This document shows positions 38,790 through 46,541 of a stretch of 64,000 nt of DNA, piece after piece. The notes under the pieces were generated by a model. It did no database searches. It worked only from the letters and a program-made list of their open reading frames with translations, and was not told the origin of the DNA. Every line of letters starts with the position of its first letter. Position 1 is the stretch's first letter. The position numbers and the translations under genes were made by a program. Source of the DNA: Candidatus Nomurabacteria bacterium (GTDB lineage Bacteria > Patescibacteriota > Patescibacteriia > HK-STAS-PATE-3); the NCBI GenBank assembly GCA_023898465.1, contig CP060223.1, positions 480,001 to 544,000 of the forward strand, in the 5' to 3' direction.

Positions 38790-38966
38790 CTACGCCCCCA
38801 AAAACTTCAGCGCCTCGTAGACAAAGAAAACGGGCCAGATAATCGCTTTTAACAAACCGAGTACGCCAATCCAAAATGAAGTCGCTACCGAGATATAGTA
38901 GATAGCGGCACCGATCAGACCGAGACCATAGAAAGCCCCACTACTCCCTGCATTTGCCTTATTCAT
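38790..38966 (-). CDS. small membrane protein (58 aa; below the track cutoff)
   Basis: AAGGAG SD 5 nt upstream of the ATG. Two hydrophobic helices (FYGLGLIGAAIYYI; WIGVLGLLKAIIWPVFFV). Confidence 0.45.
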   Translation of the reverse strand: MNKANAGSSGAFYGLGLIGAAIYYISVATSFWIGVLGLLKAIIWPVFFVYEALKFLGA

Positions 38967-39000
38967 ATAACTCCTTAACTAATTATGTTTACAGGACAAA

Positions 39001-39258
39001 TTATACCACTTCGCGACGAACATAAAATAGACAACAAAGGGATACAGTCGCCGGAAACAAATATACCAAATCAAACCACCCTATTTGATCAGTGATAGTC
39101 AAAAAAATATTCAACAACATGAGTAGAGCAAGCATCCAGTAGGCCCACTTCTTTTTCAATCGTAATTGCCAAGTAAGTAAGAAGAGCGCAAAAGCATTTA
39201 CTAACGCAAAGCTAGAATAAAAGAAGCGGTAATCTGAGTCGCGAAATAACCAAAACAA
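39001..39258 (-). CDS. small membrane protein (85 aa)
   Basis: 3 hydrophobic helices. Start uncertain. Confidence 0.45.
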   Translation of the reverse strand: MFWLFRDSDYRFFYSSFALVNAFALFLLTWQLRLKKKWAYWMLALLMLLNIFLTITDQIGWFDLVYLFPATVSLCCLFYVRREVV

Positions 39259-39391
39259 CGCAAAGCATACCCAGAAGGCCGCAATGCTATAGAGTAGTCG
39301 AATGGTAAAAGTGAAATAATTTATAGTCGAAGCATATTATTGATAAGTGGAAAGGAAAAGCCGCCGGTAAAGACCAACGGCTAGATGAAAT

Positions 39392-39619
39392 CTAGGCCGC
39401 TCGTTGCTCAGTCCTCAGGATAGCAGAAGCACGACGATACGCTTTGTCTCGCACCGCCTTTGGTACATCCTGCTCTCTTAAGGCACCTTGAATCGAGCCT
39501 AGCTGCACCTCATTCCCCTTACGATAAAAGGTGAGCACAAAGCCTTCAGCGCCTATTTCCACTCGACCATGTAGACGATCAACCTCCAGCACCTCGGTCT
39601 CTGCATCTTGTTCACCCAT
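39392..39619 (-). CDS. small hypothetical protein (75 aa)
   Basis: I prefer the ATG at 39619 because it is preceded by AGGAGG-N5. The longer 161-aa track ORF would run through a structured, promoter-containing region. Confidence 0.45.
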   Translation of the reverse strand: MGEQDAETEVLEVDRLHGRVEIGAEGFVLTFYRKGNEVQLGSIQGALREQDVPKAVRDKAYRRASAILRTEQRAA

Positions 39620-39756
39620 ATGAGCCTCCTGGTCGGGAAAAAGCTCTTCTTGGATTGGTCGCATGTGTCTTTCACGCATATATATATTGTACGCCTCAAG
39701 CAGGAAAAGTAAAAGTAGTCTTGACGAGCCCAAGGCTCGGGGTTTATTATAGCGAC

Positions 39757-39971
39757 ACTTCTCAAGCCGACAGAGAAGTTGTCTCAGAATCCGTTTTGTC
39801 GGCACTCTCGCGTGAATGTTTCGCGGTTCATCGAGAGCGTAGAACGGCGATAGGCTGATGGGACCGATCCCACTCAAAAGCCGAAAAAAAACGGGATCCT
39901 GCCCCAGGCATCAATACTTGTCGCCCGAATTCCAATCGGGAAACATAGATGCGCTGGGGCTCCATTTTTTT
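39757..39971 (+). ncRNA. candidate structured RNA (~215 nt), unknown class
   Basis: TTGACG-N18-TATTAT at 39721-39750. Nested helices: CTCTCG/CGAGAG, TGGGA/TCCCA, CCGTTTT..TCGGC with GCCGA..AAAACGG, CCCCAG(39902)/CTGGGG(39954). Ends in U7 at 39965-39971. Confidence 0.35.
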
Positions 39972-39980
39972 ATAGATACC

Positions 39981-40008
39981 TAAAAGCCAGGAGCTGCCCT
40001 CTCCTGGC
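39981..40008 (-). terminator. intrinsic terminator after the 40035-41186 gene
   Basis: GCCAGGAG-N7-CTCCTGGC followed by TTTTAGG on the minus strand. Confidence 0.6.
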
Positions 40009-40034
40009 CTTTGAGGCTGAAAGGAGGAATGAGC

Positions 40035-41186
40035 CTAATTATCTATTTCAAAATCCCAGAGTGCTTGTACCTGCGACGCGCTTAGGCCGGTGCGTGTCGC
40101 AATCTCTTGAGCCAAACTTGAGGTGCTGGTATTTGCAGAGGTCCACTCATAGCGCTGTGTATCACCACGGCGGGCTTTAATTTCTGTGCCATCTTCACGT
40201 ACCCGGACTTCTATTTCCCATTGGGCTTCTTCTTCATCGCCGTGATCCTCTGAATCGTTTGAATTACTATTACTGTTATGTGAATTGGTATCATCATTCA
40301 CATTTCCTTCATGAGAGTTGGTTGCATCTACATGCGTATTCTTATTATCATTTCCATGATCATCATTGGTGTCAGAATGGTCATCACTGCTATTGGCATT
40401 TTGCAGATCTACACCATCATACTCAATTTTGATAGCTGCCCGAACTTGGGCTTCGCTTAAGCCTAAACGGTCGGTAACTGCTTTAATAATTTCTTCACGA
40501 TCAGTCGTAGTCAGGGTAAACTCACTGTGCTGATTTGCTACTTCAGCCTGAACAAAGGCTTGTGCACCAGCTACGTGCACTTCAATTTCAATTCGCTGAA
40601 GACTATGACTGTTTTGTGCGTCTTCAATCTCACGCAGTTTTACTTCAACGTTACTTAGCGTCGCTGCAGCATGCTCATTTTCTTTGGCTTCTAATTCATC
40701 GCGCACTTCAGCTACGGTTTGTTGCGCATTTTGCAGAGCGGAATTTACATGATCAGCAGCATCTCGAGCTAGTTGCTCCTTTTGCTCTTGCTCTAACTCA
40801 GCTAGCTCTTTTGCTCGCTCAGCTGCAATCTCAGCCTGGATGCGGAGTCGCGCCTCAGCTGAGGTGGCTAAATTTAAACGGACTTGCTCGACGGCTTGAT
40901 CAATACCAAAGAGCCAATCTCCTGGCTTGGCATTATTCGCTGCGAGGACAGTGCCGGTGCCGCTGCCTAATAACACGATAGCGATAAGGATGCTTGCAAT
41001 CATATTTTTGTGATTAAGGAAAAAACCTGATCGCTGCTTATATCGATCAGCTTCCGGGACTGTTACGCTCGATGCAGCCATACGCAAACGAGCCTCAATA
41101 CGTTCACGGGCAGCCGGAGATAAAGACTGAGAATGAGACATCTTTAACAGCTTGATAATTTCTTTTGATGAAAAATGTTTCGACAT
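40035..41186 (-). CDS. anti-sigma-factor-like membrane protein (DUF5667-like): cytoplasmic head, TM helix, coiled coil, His/Asp/Asn-rich region
   Basis: Lies immediately downstream of the ECF sigma gene. One TM helix (ASILIAIVLLGSG). Two similar ...GLS(E/A)(A/S)QV... modules. Confidence 0.55.
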   Translation of the reverse strand: MSKHFSSKEIIKLLKMSHSQSLSPAARERIEARLRMAASSVTVPEADRYKQRSGFFLNHKNMIASILIAIVLLGSGTGTVLAANNAKPGDWLFGIDQAVEQVRLNLATSAEARLRIQAEIAAERAKELAELEQEQKEQLARDAADHVNSALQNAQQTVAEVRDELEAKENEHAAATLSNVEVKLREIEDAQNSHSLQRIEIEVHVAGAQAFVQAEVANQHSEFTLTTTDREEIIKAVTDRLGLSEAQVRAAIKIEYDGVDLQNANSSDDHSDTNDDHGNDNKNTHVDATNSHEGNVNDDTNSHNSNSNSNDSEDHGDEEEAQWEIEVRVREDGTEIKARRGDTQRYEWTSANTSTSSLAQEIATRTGLSASQVQALWDFEIDN

Positions 41187-41190
41187 ATAT

Positions 41191-41736
41191 TTACGAATAA
41201 GAGAGTTGTTCCATTTCCTTGCGTAAGGCTTGCAAAGCCCTATGTTTCAATACGCGCACATTGAGAGCACTGATCTGCATTACTTTTGCCACTTCACTTA
41301 TACTTAGATCCTCTCGATAAAGCATATGGAGCAGAGTTGCGTAGCGTTCAGGAAGGCGGGTTAAGGCTGATTCCATTTCCCGCTCCATTATTACATCTGG
41401 CATCTCATCCGGATCACTTGATAAAGTATGACTCACGCTCTCAATATCAACCTGGGTGCGTTGGCCACGATAATGATCAATCAAGCGGAAACGGGCAATT
41501 TGAAAAAGCCAGGTAGAGAATTTTGCATGTTTCTGCTCCTTATATCGGGGCAATGAGCGAATCATTTCAAGAAAAACAGTTTGGGTTAAATCCTCAGCTG
41601 TTTCCTGACTACTGACCCGCATAAGCAAGAAACGGAACACCCGGTCTCCGAAAAGGTGGAAAAGTTCGGCCACCCCTTCTTGATCCCCTTGTTGCGCTCT
41701 GGCGACGATTTCCTGTACTTGGCTTTCGTGTTGCAT
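41191..41736 (-). CDS. ECF-type sigma-70 family RNA polymerase sigma factor
   Basis: Region 2 (DLTQTVFLEMIRSL..Y....KFSTWLFQIARFRLIDHYR) and region 4 (ISEVAKVMQISALNVRVLKHRAL). Confidence 0.9.
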   Translation of the reverse strand: MQHESQVQEIVARAQQGDQEGVAELFHLFGDRVFRFLLMRVSSQETAEDLTQTVFLEMIRSLPRYKEQKHAKFSTWLFQIARFRLIDHYRGQRTQVDIESVSHTLSSDPDEMPDVIMEREMESALTRLPERYATLLHMLYREDLSISEVAKVMQISALNVRVLKHRALQALRKEMEQLSYS

Positions 41737-41798
41737 AGCGTATATTAGTATATCGGAAATAGGATTATTTTGTTACATCTACCAAGAAATGCTATTAC

Positions 41799-41827
41799 TT
41801 GACATTTTTTCATATCTAGTCTAGTAT
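41799..41827 (+). promoter_or_regulatory. sigma70 promoter TTGACA-N17-TAGTAT
   Basis: Read directly. Points into an ORF-free GC-rich segment. Confidence 0.5.
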
Positions 41828-41833
41828 ATGCAC

Positions 41834-42191
41834 TCGATGTTCATTAGAAATGAGAGAGAGGCGGGATGAGATAGGTGTCCCCCCAGACACCTCGCTACCT
41901 TCATACAGCGGTAGTTGCATCATCCCACTGCCCGAAGCGGCTCCCCACCCTTGTTACTACTTGTACTGGCTTCATCCCTAAGGATCCCCCGCCAGTCTGG
42001 TGCTGACATGTTCGGCGTCATATCCTTATGGTCTATTGGCTGCAAAGCTGATCACCTTTTGTGATGATGACTCACCGATGCTTCGGCTCAGATGCCTCTC
42101 TCTCCACCTACGCCTGCGCACCTGAGCACTCCCCCAGGCTCACTGCGCATGTGCCCCCGTCGTGTCGTTGTACCGACGGGGGTGCTTTTTT
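41834..42191 (+). ncRNA. candidate large structured RNA (~360 nt), unknown class
   Basis: No ORF of 60 aa or more on either strand between 41737 and 42232. An 11-nt perfect long-range complement GAGAGAGAGGC (41852-62) / GCCTCTCTCTC (42094-104). Several internal hairpins. Terminator CCCCCGTCG-N11-CGACGGGGG + U6 at 42154-42191. Confidence 0.5.
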
Positions 42192-42232
42192 ATAAAAAGA
42201 AATCCCCAGGCCGATTGGTCTGGGGATGAGAA

Positions 42233-42679
42233 CTAGAACTGTTGTGCTGAACGCATCCGATGAAGCGTGCTACACACCAGTCCAATACCAGAGCGACGCT
42301 CTACACAGAACTGATACACCCGTTGCGCCGCCATGAGCTTTTCATAGAGCGCCTGACCATGCTTAGTGGCTAGTTCGTTTCGCATCTCCCGGTCTAGACC
42401 TTGGTAATACGAACCAAGCAGCAGATAGCGCACTAGAAGCCACCCCAGTAACCCGGAGCTGAGCAGCATCGCTGTTAAAGCACCGGGCAGAGTCAGATAC
42501 CCGAGCAAATCCTCCAGTCTTGCCCAGTAGTACACTGCAACAAGCTCAAATAGCAGAAACGCTAGCGTGGCTATAGTTGACCCTATCCGGATAAACAGGC
42601 GCCACCTTTTCACTCTCTCGCACAACTCTAGAATCTCTTCTTCTTGAACACTGAGTTGCGCGTAGAGGAAATTCGACAT
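42233..42679 (-). CDS. GC-rich two-TM membrane protein, unknown function
   Basis: I place the start at MSNFLYAQ, preceded by GGGAGGTG. Terminator CCCCAG-N10-CTGGGG + U-run downstream. 66 nt downstream of the heliorhodopsin stop. Confidence 0.5.
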   Translation of the reverse strand: MSNFLYAQLSVQEEEILELCERVKRWRLFIRIGSTIATLAFLLFELVAVYYWARLEDLLGYLTLPGALTAMLLSSGLLGWLLVRYLLLGSYYQGLDREMRNELATKHGQALYEKLMAAQRVYQFCVERRSGIGLVCSTLHRMRSAQQF

Positions 42680-42745
42680 ATGCACCTCCCTCTTGCATAC
42701 CCAAAAGCAGTCTACACCCGCTGCACTGCAGGTCAAGCATTCAGG

Positions 42746-43528
42746 TTAAGGCCGGAGAGTACCGGAAAACATTTGCCAGGCTAGAGCTGATTTCGCCACC
42801 AGGGACAAAATCATATAGGCCTTTTCACCGTAGAGATAGTCCTGCCATTTCCCTATCTTCTTATACTGCAGGACCATGTTAATCGCGAAGATGTTAAAGG
42901 TGACAAAGATGGTGGCCACAATGAAATAAACAAAGGTAGGAATCTCCACTCCGGTCGACTGTACCGCGCCAATGAAGAAAGCAACAATGACCAGCCAGGG
43001 AATTAAGCCAGCCAAAACTCCTATCCAGTACGAAAGCCAATTCGTATGCTTGGTCGTCTGATTATGTACTTCCATCATCAAGCCCATGAGATTCATAATC
43101 GCATTCAAGGCAAACAGCGAAATGAGTAGCCAAAGATCGTACACACCACAAAGCATGGCAATAACTACAATCATAACTGACGAGGATAAGGCATACTCAG
43201 CCCAACGCAGCTTGTTGATGCCCTTTTTCAAATTCTCCTCATACCATTCCCGCAAAGGTCCGGCTAGAAGGAAATGCGCAAAAGCAGAAAGGAAGAGAAA
43301 GACCGCTACGGTGGGGCCTAAGCGTAAGTCAAACAAATGCTCAGGAAGTGGAGCTACACCAAAAACTGGATTATTTGGATCGATTTTCAGGTATGAAGTA
43401 ACAACTGGTAAAGATGAATTATTGCTTATCAAAACCATAATGACGCCTTGCACGAAGTGAAGGGCGGCCATTGACCAATTCCAGACTTGTAGTTTTTTTA
43501 ACTGCTCTTTTTGACTACGCATTTTCAT
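42746..43528 (-). CDS. heliorhodopsin
   Basis: 260 aa, 7 TM. RWAEYALSSSVMIVVIAMLCG and GEKAYMILSLVAKSALAWQMFSGTLRP closely match my recollection of heliorhodopsin 48C12 (RWVEYSLSSSVMIVLIAQICG; GERAYIVLSLVAKSALAWQIFSGTLIPA). This includes the Schiff-base Lys and the counterion Glu. Confidence 0.85.
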   Translation of the reverse strand: MKMRSQKEQLKKLQVWNWSMAALHFVQGVIMVLISNNSSLPVVTSYLKIDPNNPVFGVAPLPEHLFDLRLGPTVAVFLFLSAFAHFLLAGPLREWYEENLKKGINKLRWAEYALSSSVMIVVIAMLCGVYDLWLLISLFALNAIMNLMGLMMEVHNQTTKHTNWLSYWIGVLAGLIPWLVIVAFFIGAVQSTGVEIPTFVYFIVATIFVTFNIFAINMVLQYKKIGKWQDYLYGEKAYMILSLVAKSALAWQMFSGTLRP

Positions 43529-43546
43529 ACCCCCCCCTTTTTTTCT

Positions 43547-43885
43547 TTACTTAAACCGTTTGCCTAGCCACGCGCCAATCCAAACGGCAAAAAGAATAAT
43601 ACCAAAAAGAATAAGTTGCCACAACCATTGTTCGCTTTCACGCCATAGCATTAGTAGCACGAATAGTGCAGCTGGTACTAGCCAAATACCCGTCCACGCT
43701 TTCCAAAGTGATGGAAACGCAAAAGTAAAGCCAGCGCTAAAAAGCAAGTACACTGCAAAAATTATTGCTCCAGCAACTATGTAATCATTTATCCCGGCGC
43801 TATCAGAAAAAAGCACATTCAGGACGAGAAAAAATCCAAAGAGGCAGCTAAGTAGACAGGCAAGGATAATCAAAAACGTACGCAT
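43547..43885 (-). CDS. small 4-TM membrane protein
   Basis: 112-aa hydrophobic ORF directly upstream of the heliorhodopsin gene. Confidence 0.55.
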   Translation of the reverse strand: MRTFLIILACLLSCLFGFFLVLNVLFSDSAGINDYIVAGAIIFAVYLLFSAGFTFAFPSLWKAWTGIWLVPAALFVLLMLWRESEQWLWQLILFGIILFAVWIGAWLGKRFK

Positions 43886-43925
43886 ATACTAAAGTATATC
43901 ACTTGCCTCGGTCTTTGCGTAGTAC

Positions 43926-45614
43926 TTACTTAGGCTCTGCTACTGGATCTGTAAGCGACGCTCCTGCTGCTGCCATCTCTTCGTGTTCAGCGTCTCTAGG
44001 TAAGAAGAAGGATGCAATGAGGGTGAGTAAGGTAAAAGCAGCTGCGTAATTCATCACATCTTTGTTTGAATCAACGATTGCCTCGTACTGTAGACGGGAT
44101 AACTGCGGCAGCAGTTCAGCTGGGATGTTAGAGGTATCACCCGGTTCAGCGTTACCGAAAGTACGAGCCTGCTCCTCAATCGCTTCAATCAACTGAGGCT
44201 TCATTGCCTCAGGGATATTTACCAAGTCCTGGACGCCTGTTTCAACATGAGAGAGTAAGGAGCTTAAGAGAATCGTCCCAATAATAGCCGTACCAAGTGC
44301 CTGGCCCACAGTACGGAAGGTGGTATTTAAACCTGACGCTTGGCCAGAAAACTGCAGTGGAATAGTGGCTAAAGTAAGATTGGTAATCTGGGACATGATT
44401 AATCCAAAACCAAAGCCATACAAGGCAAGACCGGGAATCAAATCCCATTGACTCATATCAACTGAGAACTCGCTCTTGAGCACAAAAGCACTGATGAAAG
44501 AGATGAGAATGCCGAGCTGAATAATGTAGCGAGCGTGGAAGCGACCAGTGAAACGTGAGAAAAGCCCAGCGGCGATAAACAAGGCGATCGACATCGGCAT
44601 CAATGCTAGGCCCGTATCAAAGGCGCTTAAACCCAAAATAGCCTGTAGTAAAACTGGAATGGTAAAGAAGATGCCAGATTGAGCTAATACGAGAATGGTC
44701 AATGTCACAATGCCAGTGGAAAAAGCTCGATTCTGCAATATCACTGGATTCATAAGGGGCACTAAACCATCTGCACGTTGTGAACGATGTAAGCGTCGCT
44801 GCCAAAAACCAAAAAAGATGAGTATGAGCACGCCAAGGGCTACTGCTATTGGGGTAATGGAAAGGTCAAAAGGATGTATAGCAATATCGCCCATAGAATA
44901 AATCTCTTTTGCCTTCCACCAACCGTACTGACTTGCTTCCAAGAGGCCAAACACCACCGAACCAAGACCAAACGCTGACAGGATGGCGCCTAAATAATCA
45001 AGCTTCTCGCGTGAAGCATCATGCGTGCGTGGATCACGAATATAGCGAGCCAGAGCGAGAATAACTATGACAATAATCACCTCAGTAGCAAAAGCCCAGC
45101 GCCAGCTAAAATGCGTAGTCATATAACCGCCGAATAGTGGTCCAAGTGCTGCAGTCGCGCCAGCGGTGCCGCCCCAGATGCCGAAGGCAATGCGCAAATC
45201 CCTGCCGCGGTAATTCGCCAAAATAAGCGAAACAGTAGCTGGCATCATCAATGCCGCTCCAATGCCCTCAATAATTGACCAGCCTAATATCAACACATTT
45301 ACGTTCGGACTGAGTGCGGCAGTGATAGTGCCGGTCGCATACACCACTACGCCGATAAGGAAAAGCTTTTTGCGGCCATACATATCACCTATTCTGCCAC
45401 CAGTGAGCATAAAGGCTGCCATAACAAGAGAATAGATGGTGATGGCCCACTGCACATTTCGCAAGCTTGTACCGAGATCATGCACAACGTTTCGAATAGA
45501 AACATTAAGCATGGTGGTATCAAAGATGATAATCACCAAAGCAAGGCTAAGTACAACTACTAGGCCCCACTTCTGGAACCAAGCGCGAATAGGATGTGAA
45601 GTATTTGTTTCCAT
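43926..45614 (-). CDS. MFS transporter, 14-TM DHA2 (EmrB/QacA-like)
   Basis: GGRIGDMYGRKKLF motif A, 14 hydrophobic segments. I place the start at METNTSH. Confidence 0.85.
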   Translation of the reverse strand: METNTSHPIRAWFQKWGLVVVLSLALVIIIFDTTMLNVSIRNVVHDLGTSLRNVQWAITIYSLVMAAFMLTGGRIGDMYGRKKLFLIGVVVYATGTITAALSPNVNVLILGWSIIEGIGAALMMPATVSLILANYRGRDLRIAFGIWGGTAGATAALGPLFGGYMTTHFSWRWAFATEVIIVIVILALARYIRDPRTHDASREKLDYLGAILSAFGLGSVVFGLLEASQYGWWKAKEIYSMGDIAIHPFDLSITPIAVALGVLILIFFGFWQRRLHRSQRADGLVPLMNPVILQNRAFSTGIVTLTILVLAQSGIFFTIPVLLQAILGLSAFDTGLALMPMSIALFIAAGLFSRFTGRFHARYIIQLGILISFISAFVLKSEFSVDMSQWDLIPGLALYGFGFGLIMSQITNLTLATIPLQFSGQASGLNTTFRTVGQALGTAIIGTILLSSLLSHVETGVQDLVNIPEAMKPQLIEAIEEQARTFGNAEPGDTSNIPAELLPQLSRLQYEAIVDSNKDVMNYAAAFTLLTLIASFFLPRDAEHEEMAAAGASLTDPVAEPK

Positions 45615-45715
45615 AATTGCAAAAAAATGAATGGCCGTACTCACCCGGAGCACTCCCGGATAATAACGTAACGTCAAGTATACTCGCCGCTCAATAACTT
45701 GTCGAGACTACGGCA

Positions 45716-46219
45716 TCATATCTTCCGAGCGTCATAGGCCCAGTGTAGCAGCGCCTGACGTTGCCGACGGCGACAAGCCATATCACGAGGCGCGCAATAC
45801 TTCTTGATTTGACCAACGTGACGACGAATAGCTTTCCAGCGCTTTATTTGACGCTCATCCTCCCTGGGAATACGACGGCCTGAATAATAGCGACAGTACC
45901 ATTGAAACCAACCTCGTGGATCCTCTGGATAAATCCAGCCTTTGCGCTGCCACTCTGCTAAAGATTGACTAGCGTCGACAGCAAAGAAATTGAGGTGGGG
46001 ATTATGGGTGGAGGATAATCGTGCGCCGCGAAACCATGAAGCGGGAAATTCTTTTTGACAATCATTGAGGTACTTACCCCCAAAAACACCTAGTCGCAGC
46101 ATCTGCGCAGGACTTAATTCAGGCGTAAACTCTGGAGCAAAGTTTCGGCCAGGCGCTTCTGTCCGGTAGTATGTGTAGGCCTGCTGAAAGCTATCGTTTA
46201 CTTTAACTTTTTTCTTCAT
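45716..46219 (-). CDS. conserved hypothetical protein
   Basis: I place the start at MKKKVKV. Trp/Arg-rich (GWFQWYCRYYSGRR). No family named with confidence. Confidence 0.5.
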   Translation of the reverse strand: MKKKVKVNDSFQQAYTYYRTEAPGRNFAPEFTPELSPAQMLRLGVFGGKYLNDCQKEFPASWFRGARLSSTHNPHLNFFAVDASQSLAEWQRKGWIYPEDPRGWFQWYCRYYSGRRIPREDERQIKRWKAIRRHVGQIKKYCAPRDMACRRRQRQALLHWAYDARKI

Positions 46220-46541
46220 AATCCCCTGTTGAAGCTTGCCGCACCCAGCGCTGCTCAATATAGAGCACTCGCCACCACCATCGCCCTAAGAAATACCCAC
46301 CAATCGCTCCAAGTAGTAACAAGCCAATTTGAATGTATGGTGGAAGCGCACATCCCCAGGTCCAATGTATAACCTGTCCATTTTTCTCAGCCCAGCTTAA
46401 ATACCACTGCTCAATTCCTAAATGTAACAGCAAACTTAACAGCACGCCGAACACAGTAGCGCTAATGAGATAAAGTGCATGTTTGAACGGGGTTGCTTTA
46501 AGTGGTCCGCGATGAAACATATTTAGAAAAGATTTAACCAA
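46203..46541 (-). CDS. small membrane protein
   Basis: 2-3 TM helices. Overlaps both neighbours by a few codons. Confidence 0.4.
   Translation of the reverse strand: MVKSFLNMFHRGPLKATPFKHALYLISATVFGVLLSLLLHLGIEQWYLSWAEKNGQVIHWTWGCALPPYIQIGLLLLGAIGGYFLGRWWWRVLYIEQRWVRQASTGDYEEKS

Larger units (their letters stand above)
39392..39990. other. GC-rich compositional island B (small CDS + divergent structured RNA candidate)
   Basis: Visibly GC-richer than its flanks. Bounded on the right by the terminator of the 40035 gene. Confidence 0.5.

Noticed and set aside
41834-42191. Tested the large RNA candidate against remembered consensus sequences for RNase P (GAGGAAAGUCC), tmRNA (tRNA-like ends and a tag ORF), SRP RNA, 6S RNA, cobalamin/TPP riboswitches and the hammerhead core. 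Also considered a retron msr/msd because of its flanking inverted repeats.
   Set aside because: None of the diagnostic motifs is present. No reverse transcriptase or downstream same-strand gene exists. It is left as unknown class rather than assigned.
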